Source of the DNA: an uncultured Desulfobacteraceae bacterium
GTDB taxonomy: Bacteria > Desulfobacterota > DSM-4660 > Desulfatiglandales > HGW-15
Reading direction: 5' to 3'
DNA length: 64,000 nucleotides
NCBI GenBank assembly: GCA_964580575.1
Contig: CAZOLJ010000009.1
Coordinates: forward strand, 6,101 to 70,100
Part shown: piece by piece, positions 50,181 through 59,389 of the stretch
Position numbering within the stretch: the first letter of the stretch is position 1
Layout: every line of letters begins with the position of its first letter
Notes under the pieces: generated by a model
The model's database searches: none
Seen by the model: the letters and a program-made list of their open reading frames with translations, nothing else
What the model was told of the DNA's origin: nothing
Made by a program: the position numbers and the translations under genes

Positions 50181-52979
50181 ATGGTTTCCAGCAACAAGGT
50201 CGTTTACACTTTTGAAGAAGGGGACGGCAAGAACAAGAAGCTCCTGGGCGGAAAAGGGGCGAACCTCTGCGAAATGACGCGAATCGGCCTCCCCGTGCCT
50301 CCTGGATTTGTCATTTCCACTGAGGCGTGTCTGTCCTATTTGGCGCAAAAGAAAGAAGGGCTTCAACAGGACCTGATGAACCAGGTCAGGGAGTCCATGG
50401 CTTACCTTGAGAAGAAGACAGGCCGGGGATTCGGCAGTGCGGAGCAACCCCTGCTGGTTTCCGTGAGATCCGGGGCCGCCATGTCCATGCCCGGCATGAT
50501 GGACACGATCCTGAATCTGGGTCTCAACAGCAAAAGCCTTCCCGCTCTCATCAAAATGACCCAAAACGAGCGTTTCGGCTACGACGCTTACCGGCGCTTC
50601 ATCCAGCTCTTCGGCTCGGTGGCGCTGGGAATGCCGGACGAGGGCTTTGATCAGATTTTCAACCGCATCAAGGAGAAAACCGGGGCAAAGGACGACACGC
50701 AACTCGTTGCAGCTGCGCTGAAGGAGGCGTCAGCGGCGTTCCTGGATCTTGTGAGCAGGAAAATGCGGAAACCCTTTCCAGAGGATCCTTACGTCCAGCT
50801 GGAACTGGCCATTGAGGCGGTCTTCAGGTCTTGGATGGGGAAACGAGCCGTGGACTACCGCAAGGAGTTTCACATCACACCGGAGATGGCGAATGGCACA
50901 GCGGTGAACGTGTGCACCATGGTCTTCGGGAACCTCGGAAACGACAGTGCCACCGGCGTTGCCTTTACCCGAAATCCCGGTACGGGAGAAAACCGTCTCT
51001 TCGGAGAATACATGATCAATGCGCAGGGCGAAGATGTGGTGGCGGGAATCCGGACGCCCAAGCCGATCAACGAACTGAGAAGGGACATGCCGGAGGTCTA
51101 CAAGCAACTGGAAGCCTTGCGTCGCACCCTGGAGACGTACTACCGGGAGGTGCAGGATTTCGAGTTCACCATTGAAAAGGGGAAGCTGTGGTGCCTTCAG
51201 ACCCGGAACGGCAAAATGAATGCCTCCGCCTTCATCAAGACATCGATCGACATGGTCAATGAAGGCCTGATCTCGGAAAAGCAGGCGATTCTGCGGATTC
51301 AACCTGACATGCTCGCTCAGATGCTTCATCCTCGGTTGGATCCTAAAGCCAAGGTAAACGTTCTGGCCCAGGGGCTGCCGGCATCGCCCGGGGCGGCATC
51401 AGGAAAGATCGTCTTTGACGCGGACAGGGCGGAGAGCAAGGGGAAACTGGGCGAGAAGGTGATTCTGGTCAGGGAAGAAACCAAGCCGGACGACATCCAC
51501 GGTTTCTTTGCGTCCCAGGGCATCCTCACGAGTCGCGGAGGCAAGACATCGCATGCGGCGGTGGTGGCCAGAAGCATGGGCAAGCCCTGTGTCTCAGGAT
51601 GTGAAGCCATTCGAATCCACGATCTGGCAAAGGAGGCGGTGATTTCCGGGGTGGCCCTCAGGGAAGGAGACGTGATCACCATAGACGGAAGCACAGGTCA
51701 TGTCTACCAGGGGGAGGTTCCCACGATCGAGCCTGAGTTCGTGGAGGATCTGCTCGTGCTGCTCGGATGGGCGGATGATATGGCGGAACTGAAGGTGATG
51801 GCCAATGCGGACACGCCGGACTCCGTGAGCAAGTCCAAGAGCTACGGAGCCATGGGAATCGGCCTTTGCAGGACGGAGCGAATGTTCAATCAGCAGGACC
51901 GCCTTCCGATTATGCAGCAACTGATTCTTGCCGAGAGTGCGGAGGAGAGGGATGCCTGTGTGGCCAAGCTTCTTCCCTTCCAGCGGGAAGACCTCAAGGA
52001 GATTCTCAGGATCATGGACGGAAAGCCGGTGACCATTCGACTCCTCGATCCTCCAATCCACGAATTCCTTCCCTCCGAGGATGAGTTGGTCGATGAGATC
52101 GAGCATCTGAGAGAACTGAAAAAAACTGTCGAGCTCATGGCGGATCTGCCGGATACCTTGAAGCTGTTGGACCCGGAACTCCACAACAAGTATTCCGCAA
52201 ACCTGGAGAGCATCACCCTGGGTTTGGACGAATTGAAGCACAAGCATTTGGAAGAGGAACTCATCATGGCCAAGGAGAGCATGCTCCAGAAAGTGAGGGC
52301 TCTTTCCGAGACCAACCCCATGCTCGGGCACCGGGGAGTGCGCCTGGGCATTACCTATCCGGAGATTTATGCCATGCAGATCCAGGCGATTCTGGAAGCG
52401 GCCGCAGAGTGCATCAAAGAAGCTGTGCCGGTGGCTCCGGAAATCATGGTTCCCCAGGTGTGCACGCTTCAGGAACTGGTGTTTGTGAGCGATCACGTAA
52501 CCAGGATCCATCAGGAGGTGGAAAAGAAATTCGGGATCAAGGTCCCTTTTAAATTCGGGACCATGATCGAAGTCGTGCGTGCGTGCATGCGGGCCGGCCG
52601 GCTTGCGGAACTGGCGGAGTTCATGTCTTTCGGGACCAATGACCTTACCCAGGCCACGTTCTCCTTCTCGCGGGAAGATGCGGAAAACAAGTTCCTGCCT
52701 CTCTATAACGAGAGGGGAATCCTGCAGCACAACCCCTTTGAGATCCTGGACATGAAGGGCGTAGGCCGCCTCATGATGATCACCGTGGAGTGGGCGAGAA
52801 AGGCGAGGCCGGAGATCAAAGTGGGAATTTGCGGGGAGCACGGCGGGCACCCGGATGCGATCCGGTTCTGCCACCACATCAAGCTCAACTACGTCTCCTG
52901 TTCACCCCTCAGGGTTCCCATTGCGAGACTGGCCGCGGCCCACGCGAAACTCAAGGAGGCGGAGTTCAAGTTCGTGTAA
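50181..52979 (+). CDS. ppdK: Pyruvate, phosphate dikinase, 932 aa.
   Basis: The N-terminal is KKLLGGKGANLCEMTRIGLPVPPGFVIS. The phospho-His motif is GGKTSHAAVVARSMGKPCV. The C-terminal includes NPMLGHRGVRL and GICGEHGGHP. Confidence 0.92.
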   Translation: MVSSNKVVYTFEEGDGKNKKLLGGKGANLCEMTRIGLPVPPGFVISTEACLSYLAQKKEGLQQDLMNQVRESMAYLEKKTGRGFGSAEQPLLVSVRSGAAMSMPGMMDTILNLGLNSKSLPALIKMTQNERFGYDAYRRFIQLFGSVALGMPDEGFDQIFNRIKEKTGAKDDTQLVAAALKEASAAFLDLVSRKMRKPFPEDPYVQLELAIEAVFRSWMGKRAVDYRKEFHITPEMANGTAVNVCTMVFGNLGNDSATGVAFTRNPGTGENRLFGEYMINAQGEDVVAGIRTPKPINELRRDMPEVYKQLEALRRTLETYYREVQDFEFTIEKGKLWCLQTRNGKMNASAFIKTSIDMVNEGLISEKQAILRIQPDMLAQMLHPRLDPKAKVNVLAQGLPASPGAASGKIVFDADRAESKGKLGEKVILVREETKPDDIHGFFASQGILTSRGGKTSHAAVVARSMGKPCVSGCEAIRIHDLAKEAVISGVALREGDVITIDGSTGHVYQGEVPTIEPEFVEDLLVLLGWADDMAELKVMANADTPDSVSKSKSYGAMGIGLCRTERMFNQQDRLPIMQQLILAESAEERDACVAKLLPFQREDLKEILRIMDGKPVTIRLLDPPIHEFLPSEDELVDEIEHLRELKKTVELMADLPDTLKLLDPELHNKYSANLESITLGLDELKHKHLEEELIMAKESMLQKVRALSETNPMLGHRGVRLGITYPEIYAMQIQAILEAAAECIKEAVPVAPEIMVPQVCTLQELVFVSDHVTRIHQEVEKKFGIKVPFKFGTMIEVVRACMRAGRLAELAEFMSFGTNDLTQATFSFSREDAENKFLPLYNERGILQHNPFEILDMKGVGRLMMITVEWARKARPEIKVGICGEHGGHPDAIRFCHHIKLNYVSCSPLRVPIARLAAAHAKLKEAEFKFV

Positions 52980-53092
52980 GGGAAAAGGATAAAGGTTAAA
53001 GGAAAAAGGAAAAAAGAACACCCTCCGACGCGGAGCGCCTATTCGTCGGCTTTGCTCTTTTTGTTCCTATCTTTGACCTTTGCCCTTTAACC
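52980..53092. repeat. AAAGG-type word-repeat hairpin between the convergent ppdK and plsB-like genes.
   Basis: The left arm is GGGAAAAGGATAAAGGTTAAAGGAAAAAGGAAAAAAGAAC. The centre has its own stem, CCGACG...CGTCGG. The right arm is GCTCTTTTTGTTCCTATCTTTGACCTTTGCCCTTTAACC. Confidence 0.55.
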
Positions 53093-53099
53093 TATTCTT

Positions 53100-55649
53100 T
53101 TATTGTCCATGTCGCGAGAGCTCATAGATTCTCTGGCTCAGGAGGGAAAGGACCTCGAGGGGCTCTTGCTCTTTATGGGGGCGCCGTCTCAGGAAGTCTC
53201 TTTTGATCACCGCAACGGCGTTGGTGAAATTGAGCTTTGACAGCGCTCCGACGTGATCCACAACGCCCAGCTTGTGGAACCGTCTGCCCAGGTAAGTCAT
53301 CTTCTTGAGAAGCGCTTCCTCTTTCAGCGCAAGGTTTTTCTGGTGGCCCATGGCTTTGGTGGCGATCCAGTAGGATTCCATAAAAGTCTTGGCCAAGCTG
53401 GCCCAGGTGGGCAGCTTGTCAAAGCCCATTTTGGTGATCTTGAAGGCGTCCTTTTCCACCGATGCACTCACGAGGGAAACTTCCAGAAAATAGTCCAGGA
53501 TGGATCGTACCTTCTCTTCCTCATTTTCTTCTTCGTCAAAAAGGAATTCGGTTTTGAGGAGATTCTTCATGAAGGTGTAATCCGCGAGAATGGCGGCCAT
53601 CTTCTTCTCGGCCTCCTTCCCTGTCAGCAGGGACGTGGCGACAAGGGCATGAGGAATAAAGAAGTGAATGATGTTGTTCTTGTAATACTCGAGTTCTATT
53701 TTCTTGTCGTCTTCCACGAAATAAAACGTCTCTTCCTCCTGGTCCACGTCTTCCAGCACTTCCACAATCTTCCAGTTCAGCAAAAGAGAGAGGGTTTCCT
53801 GGGTCGCCCTGTTGGAATCGCCGAGGCTCGCGGCCATGGGAATGCTGTAAGCCTTCAGAAAGCGGATCAGGGTCTCCACCGTTTCGAGGAGTTCCGAATA
53901 GAGGAACCCGCGCCGGTGTGCGCCCAGAATAGCCGTCGCCACAAGGGTCAGAGGAGTGACCAAGGTGACATCGTTGATCGCCTTGACCAAGCGAAACGCA
54001 AAGCGGCGCGGGACTTCTTGCCGTGCAAGATGGGTTTGCTGGAGGTACTCGTTGAGGGAGAGGGGCGGACTGAAACGGATATAAACCTTTCCGTACTTTC
54101 GCTTCAGGAATCTCCTGGCGCCGATAATGTGCTTGAGCTTCTCCTGCTCTTTTTCTCCTCCCTCGAGCTCCTTTCGGTAGGACTGCTCTTCCATGATTCG
54201 ATCATAGACCATGGAGGTGGGCACGAACACGAGATCCTTGCAGAATCCCTCGGCATGGGCCTGGAGCAGGATAGAGAGAAAACCTGTTTTCGGAAGGACC
54301 AGTTTGCCGTTACGGCTTCGACCCCCTTCGATGTAGACCTCGATGGGATGTCCCTCTTCCAGGAGAGCCTTGATGTATCGGTTGAAGACCTCCAGGTAAA
54401 GCCTCGGCTGCCGGAAGGAACGGCGGATGAAAAAAGCGCCGGCCTTCCGGAAGATGTATCCGACGGGCCAGAAGGCCAGGTTTTTGCCGGCGGCGACTCG
54501 GGGAATGTGCATGTGCGATTCGTGGAGCACGTAATTCAGGAGCAGGTAGTCGATATGGCTCTTGTGGGAGGGGATGAAGATGAGAGGGCCTTTTCGAGCC
54601 CACTCCTTGACCATGCCCAGCACGGAGGAGTCCACGTCTATTGCCTCGAAAGTTCTTTTCCACAACCACTTGAGCGCAATATCAAAGAGGTGAACATAGG
54701 TGATATTGAAATCAGCGGCAATCTCATCGAAATACTCACCGGCTTTTTTTCGGGCGTACCTCAAGCTCTTTTGCTCAGAGGCGGCGGTGCTCTCGATCTT
54801 CTCGCTCACCCTGGGATCCATGAGGACCATTTCCTTGAGTTGCTGGCGGGACTTCATGATCGGCCCCAGGATCACTCTTTTCCTGCGGTCAATGCTTTCG
54901 ATGAGCGCGTCCCGGATTTCCGAGACCATGGCATGCAGAGGGCGGTCCGGCGGCTGAGACTGGAGATACGCTTTGAGGTCCAGAGGTTGGCCGAAATCGA
55001 TGAAAGCCTCGCCCCTGTGTTTTGCAAACATCAGGATCTTCCTGATCACGCTGGGATAGTCCCGGTACCCGAAGAGGATGTCCGTGAGCGTTTCATAATC
55101 TTTCTCCGCGGAGGTCTCATAGAGAATGAGCTGAGGAATGATGAAGAGGGGACGCTCCATGTTTCTCTGCGTTTCAAGGAGGAACTGGAGATGATCTTTT
55201 TCGGCGTGAATAAACCGGCTGATAAACCGTTTAGGGTCGATCAGGAAGATGAGGGAGGGCGTGCCTTCCTGTATGGCTTTACCGTAGAAGCCGGTCTGAT
55301 ACGGGCTGGGGAATTTCCTTGATCGGTAGAAGAAGGAGAGCTGGGAGAAGAGGACCTTGAAAAAGCGAGTCACGGGCAGAAGCAGAGACATGTTGAGATC
55401 AAAGGCGATTTTGGGGTAAGGAAGCCCTCTTCTTCTGAGGTTGTAGTGATAGAGAAGGTAATCGAGGTGGCCGCGGTACTTGGTCGCATAGACCACCGTG
55501 CCCTCCTTTTGGAGTTCCTTCAAGCCTTCTTTGGCGTTCTCGTCAACCTTGGCTCTCCGGAAAAGGGCGGAGAGCATCCACCCCAGCAGGAACCTCGGCT
55601 TGTCCTCCAGGAGATAAGGATAGAGAATCTCTTTGTTGGCTGATTTCAT
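53100..55649 (-). CDS. plsB: Glycerol-3-phosphate acyltransferase, PlsB-like, 849 aa.
   Basis: The HX4D acyltransferase motif lies in FIPSHKSHIDYLLLNYVL. This is followed by YIEGGRSRNGK. The size fits PlsB. Confidence 0.8.
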   Translation of the reverse strand: MKSANKEILYPYLLEDKPRFLLGWMLSALFRRAKVDENAKEGLKELQKEGTVVYATKYRGHLDYLLYHYNLRRRGLPYPKIAFDLNMSLLLPVTRFFKVLFSQLSFFYRSRKFPSPYQTGFYGKAIQEGTPSLIFLIDPKRFISRFIHAEKDHLQFLLETQRNMERPLFIIPQLILYETSAEKDYETLTDILFGYRDYPSVIRKILMFAKHRGEAFIDFGQPLDLKAYLQSQPPDRPLHAMVSEIRDALIESIDRRKRVILGPIMKSRQQLKEMVLMDPRVSEKIESTAASEQKSLRYARKKAGEYFDEIAADFNITYVHLFDIALKWLWKRTFEAIDVDSSVLGMVKEWARKGPLIFIPSHKSHIDYLLLNYVLHESHMHIPRVAAGKNLAFWPVGYIFRKAGAFFIRRSFRQPRLYLEVFNRYIKALLEEGHPIEVYIEGGRSRNGKLVLPKTGFLSILLQAHAEGFCKDLVFVPTSMVYDRIMEEQSYRKELEGGEKEQEKLKHIIGARRFLKRKYGKVYIRFSPPLSLNEYLQQTHLARQEVPRRFAFRLVKAINDVTLVTPLTLVATAILGAHRRGFLYSELLETVETLIRFLKAYSIPMAASLGDSNRATQETLSLLLNWKIVEVLEDVDQEEETFYFVEDDKKIELEYYKNNIIHFFIPHALVATSLLTGKEAEKKMAAILADYTFMKNLLKTEFLFDEEENEEEKVRSILDYFLEVSLVSASVEKDAFKITKMGFDKLPTWASLAKTFMESYWIATKAMGHQKNLALKEEALLKKMTYLGRRFHKLGVVDHVGALSKLNFTNAVAVIKRDFLRRRPHKEQEPLEVLSLLSQRIYELSRHGQ

Positions 55650-55774
55650 GATCGTTCAAAGGGGCATTTTTTCAACTATAGATAATTCGGTTTCACTCTG
55701 CAAATCAAGTTTTTTATACGCTGGGACCCTCCGCAAAGGCTTCCTGAAAATGTCAGAGCCCCAAGAAACTTATG

Positions 55775-55804
55775 TTGACAAAAGGAATTTCTTGTTTCTA
55801 AGAT
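55775..55804 (+). promoter_or_regulatory. Sigma70-like promoter candidate for the nuclease gene.
   Basis: TTGACA (55775-55780), an 18-nt spacer, then TAAGAT (55799-55804). It lies about 30 nt upstream of the ATG at 55833. Confidence 0.45.
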
Positions 55805-55832
55805 AGATTAAAAGGCTCCATTGGAGGACCAC

Positions 55833-56330
55833 ATGCTCAGACCCATGGTCATTGCAGGATTGACTGTCGATCCTCTGACCAACAGTCCCATTGTGATTTT
55901 GAAAGAAATAGGCGGCGAGAGAACCCTTCCGATCTGGATCGGTTTACTCGAGGCGACAGCCATTGCCAGCGAGCTCGAGGGGATCAAGTTTTCGAGACCC
56001 ATGACGCATGACCTTCTTAAGAACATCATGTCCCTCATGGACATGAGAGTAAACAAGATCGAAGTGTGTGACTTGAAGAACAACACCTATTTCGCTCTGA
56101 TCTACCTCGATCACAAGGGCAAGGAAATCTCGATTGACGCGAGGCCGAGTGATGCTCTCGCGCTTTCGCTCAGGATGGGCGCTCCTATTTTCGTTTCCGA
56201 AGATGTGATCAAGAAATCCTCTCAGATCGATTTGAAGGCGGAGCCGGAAGATAAAACCGAACAGGGCAAAAAGTGGCAGGAGATCCTGGAGAAACTCAAC
56301 CCGGACGATTTCGGAAAGTACAAAATGTAG
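55833..56330 (+). CDS. Bifunctional nuclease family protein (BFN/DUF151), about 165 aa.
   Basis: The ATG at 55833 follows GGAGGA. VILKEIGGERTLPIWIGLLEATAIA...RPMTHDL...ARPSDALALSLR are BFN-domain blocks. Confidence 0.75.
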   Translation: MLRPMVIAGLTVDPLTNSPIVILKEIGGERTLPIWIGLLEATAIASELEGIKFSRPMTHDLLKNIMSLMDMRVNKIEVCDLKNNTYFALIYLDHKGKEISIDARPSDALALSLRMGAPIFVSEDVIKKSSQIDLKAEPEDKTEQGKKWQEILEKLNPDDFGKYKM

Positions 56331-56423
56331 TGGGCCTAAGCTGTCTGGTGCGAAGGTCTCTGCTTTTAGCTCAAGGGGTTTCATGGCCATTGGAGTTCCG
56401 GCAAACCTCTGGGGCTTTTTTTT

Positions 56424-56496
56424 AAGGCACAAAGGCACAGAGCAGAAGGATCATTATATCCCTTTGTCCCTGTGTTTCTTTGTGCCTTTGTCCCTT
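56424..56496. repeat. GGACAAAG/GGCACAAAG-type word-repeat hairpin, copy 2.
   Basis: AAGGCACAAAGGCACAGAGCAGAAGG, loop ATCATTATATC, then CCTTTGTCCCTGTGTTTCTTTGTGCCTTTGTCCCTT. It is preceded by GGGGCTTTTTTTT. Confidence 0.6.
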
Positions 56497-56512
56497 CATA
56501 TGGAGTGAAAGC

Positions 56513-57169
56513 ATGATCGATTTGCATACCCATTCATTGTTCAGCGACGGTGCGTTGATTCCTTCGGAACTGATCCGGAGGCTCGAAGCCATGGGCTACC
56601 TCGCGGCAGCCATCACCGACCACGTGGACTCCTCCAACCTGGATCATGTGGTCCCGAGAATCGTGCGTGTGGCCGAGGAACTGAACCATGCGCAGTCGGT
56701 CAAAGTCATCCCGGGCGTTGAGCTGACGCATGTGCCGCCTGCTGTCATTCCATCCCTGGTTCGAAGGGCAAGGGAGATGGGAGCCCGGCTGGTCGTGATT
56801 CACGGGGAGACGATCGCTGAGCCTGTGGCCGCGGGAACCAACAGGGCAGGGATCGAGGCGGGAGCCGATATCCTCGCCCATCCGGGTCTCATCCGGCCGG
56901 AAGAGGTGAGGCTTGCGGTGAGCAAAGGCGTGTTCCTTGAAATCAGCGCCAGGAAAGGGCACAGCCTGACCAACGGGCACGTCGCCAAACTGGCGTTGGA
57001 GGCCGGAGCCCGGCTGGTTCTGAACTCGGACAGCCACGGTCCAGGGGATTTCATGACGGAAGCGTTTGCGGCCAAAGTGACCCAAGGGGCAGGCCTGCCC
57101 TCGGATTCACTCCAACATCTCCTGTCCAATTCCCGTCTTCTTCTCGGCGGAATCGGATTTCCCCTTTGA
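56513..57169 (+). CDS. PHP-domain metal-dependent phosphoesterase, about 218 aa.
   Basis: MIDLHTHSLFSDGA (PHP motif I), ITDHVD, VIHGE, NSDSHGPGD. Confidence 0.75.
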   Translation: MIDLHTHSLFSDGALIPSELIRRLEAMGYLAAAITDHVDSSNLDHVVPRIVRVAEELNHAQSVKVIPGVELTHVPPAVIPSLVRRAREMGARLVVIHGETIAEPVAAGTNRAGIEAGADILAHPGLIRPEEVRLAVSKGVFLEISARKGHSLTNGHVAKLALEAGARLVLNSDSHGPGDFMTEAFAAKVTQGAGLPSDSLQHLLSNSRLLLGGIGFPL

Positions 57170-58638
57170 GACGTTCGTTCCCAATCTTTCATTGCTGTGG
57201 AATTCTTGTGGTCATCCTCTGGGTGACCCTGATGACCCTGCTCATCCGGAAAACGGAGTTCTCTGCAGAGCCCAAGGCTCGCAGTGAATTCACCCCTTCC
57301 TCGCTCGAATCTCAAGACAAGGAATGGCGAGAGATTTATCTCAAAGAGCGAAAGATCGGCTACACCGTGAGCCTGATCAGACCTTTCAAAACAGGGTACT
57401 TTATCCAGGAGGAACTCTTCCTGAAACTCAACCTCATGGGCCTCGGCAGAAGCCTTTACTCGCTCACTCAGGCCCAGGTGGACGAGAACCTTTTGCTGAA
57501 AAGTTTCCAGCTGATGATGAACTCCGGCGTTGTGCGTTTTCGCATGTCGGGAAAGATGGAAGGAGAGGTCCTCGTTCTGAGTTCCGGGGCGCAAGGCGAA
57601 AAAAGGATCAAGCTCACTCAAACCCCCATGGTCGCTTCGAGCATGACCTACTTCTTCCGTTCGCGAAAAATAAAGGTGGGCGACGTCTTTCCTTTGCCTT
57701 TCCTCGATCCCTCCACCCTGATGCAGAAGCAACTGCAGATCCAGGTGATAGGAAAAGAGGGGCTGACCCTTCACCGGGTGACTTATGAGACGTTCCGCTT
57801 GGAAACCGAACTCTGGGGAAAGCCGCTGACTTTCTGGGTCGATGAAAACGGAGAGACCCTTAAAGAAGAAGGGTTCATGGGCTTCACCACGGTTAAATCG
57901 AGTGCGGCCAGCGCGACTCAGGGAATCGAGGGAGGGGCTGATCTTTATGAGATGACCGCAGTCACGCCCGATCGTCCCCTGAAGGATCCGGTCCGGCTGA
58001 CCTATCTGAAAGTGCGAGTGGACGGAGTGGACAGCAAAAACCCTGCGCTGAACAGCGGCCGCCAACGAATGCAGGACGGGGCTCTTGAGATCCAAAAAGA
58101 AAAACTTCCCACCCCGTCCCTTTACACCCTTGGGGAGCACGATTTGCCATCCGAGTGGAAAGGGTTCCTGGAGCCGGAGTTCAACATCGAGAGCGGGGAT
58201 AGGAATATGCTGGCGGCGATGCAGCGGATCGCAGGAGACGACCGCGACCCCGTCTCCGTGGCCAGCAAACTCCTTCAATGGGTTTTTCGCAACGTGGACA
58301 AGAAACCGGTTCTCTCCATCCCGAGTGCCGTGGAAGTGCTCCGATCCAAGGAAGGCGACTGCAATGAACATGCGACCCTTCTCACCGCTCTTCTGAGGGC
58401 TGCAGGGATCCCGGCGCGGCTTTGCATCGGCCTGGTTTACACGCGGGACAAGTTCTACTATCATGCCTGGACAGAAGCCTACCTGGGCGAGTGGATCTCC
58501 ATGGACGCAACCCTGAACCAGATGCCAGCGGATGCCAGCCACATCAAGCTTCTCGAAGGCAACCTCCACAAGCAGGTTGAAATTGCCGGACGCATCGGAG
58601 AACTCAAGGTGCAGATCCTGGACCAGCGATATGATTAA
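57166..58638 (+). CDS. Membrane-anchored transglutaminase-like (Cys-His-Asp) protein with a large uncharacterised N-terminal domain, 490 aa.
   Basis: The TTG start overlaps the previous stop (TTGA). The TM helix is IFHCCGILVVILWVTLMTLLI. The C-terminal core is EGDCNEHATLLTALLRAAGIPARL...YHAWTEAY...WISMDAT. Confidence 0.75.
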   Translation: MRRSFPIFHCCGILVVILWVTLMTLLIRKTEFSAEPKARSEFTPSSLESQDKEWREIYLKERKIGYTVSLIRPFKTGYFIQEELFLKLNLMGLGRSLYSLTQAQVDENLLLKSFQLMMNSGVVRFRMSGKMEGEVLVLSSGAQGEKRIKLTQTPMVASSMTYFFRSRKIKVGDVFPLPFLDPSTLMQKQLQIQVIGKEGLTLHRVTYETFRLETELWGKPLTFWVDENGETLKEEGFMGFTTVKSSAASATQGIEGGADLYEMTAVTPDRPLKDPVRLTYLKVRVDGVDSKNPALNSGRQRMQDGALEIQKEKLPTPSLYTLGEHDLPSEWKGFLEPEFNIESGDRNMLAAMQRIAGDDRDPVSVASKLLQWVFRNVDKKPVLSIPSAVEVLRSKEGDCNEHATLLTALLRAAGIPARLCIGLVYTRDKFYYHAWTEAYLGEWISMDATLNQMPADASHIKLLEGNLHKQVEIAGRIGELKVQILDQRYD

Positions 58639-59389
58639 GCTCATTCATTTGACGAAGACCTATAAAGAGCTCCGCGCTGTGGACGACCTCAACCTGGAGG
58701 TAAAGGAAGGGAGTCTCTTCGGTTTTCTTGGACCGAACGGTGCCGGAAAAACCACGACCATCAAGATGATGGCAGGCGTTCTGAAACCCACTTCCGGGAG
58801 GATCCTCATCAACGGGATGGACCTCGCCGAGGAGCCGGAAAAAGTGAAGCAGGGCATCGGGTTCATCCCCGACCGCCCCTATCTCTACGAGAAGCTGACC
58901 GGCATGGAGTTCATGAAGTTTATTGCCGGACTCTACGGCATGGACCCTGCCTCTTCGCTTCAGACAAGAATTCGCGACCTCCTGGAGATGTTCGACCTGA
59001 CGCACTGGAGGGATGAGCTGATTGAAAGCTACTCCCACGGCATGAAGCAGCGGCTGGTCATGTGTTCTGCGTTGCTTCCGCAGCCCAAGGTTCTCATTGT
59101 GGACGAACCCATGGTCGGCCTCGACCCCAGGGGCGCGCGGCTGGTCAAAGACTTGTTCATGGAACAATCCCGCAAGAAAACCACCCTCTTCATGTCCACC
59201 CATTCTCTTGAAGTCGCGGCAGAGCTGTGCCAGGACATCGCCATTATCCAGGCCGGGAAGATCATCGCCCGCGGAACCTCCGAAGACCTGAAGAAAGCAG
59301 CCGGTGTGGACGGTGGCCTGGAGAGCGTGTTCCTCAAACTCACGGAGGGAAAGCGAATCGCCCATGCGACGCCTTTGTCTGCTTCTTAG
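58631..59389 (+). CDS. ABC transporter ATP-binding protein (ABC-2 / DrrA-like), 252 aa.
   Basis: The ATG at 58631 overlaps the upstream 3' end by 8 nt. Walker A GPNGAGKTT, signature YSHGMKQRL, Walker B LIVDEPMVGLD. Confidence 0.85.
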   Translation: MIKLIHLTKTYKELRAVDDLNLEVKEGSLFGFLGPNGAGKTTTIKMMAGVLKPTSGRILINGMDLAEEPEKVKQGIGFIPDRPYLYEKLTGMEFMKFIAGLYGMDPASSLQTRIRDLLEMFDLTHWRDELIESYSHGMKQRLVMCSALLPQPKVLIVDEPMVGLDPRGARLVKDLFMEQSRKKTTLFMSTHSLEVAAELCQDIAIIQAGKIIARGTSEDLKKAAGVDGGLESVFLKLTEGKRIAHATPLSAS

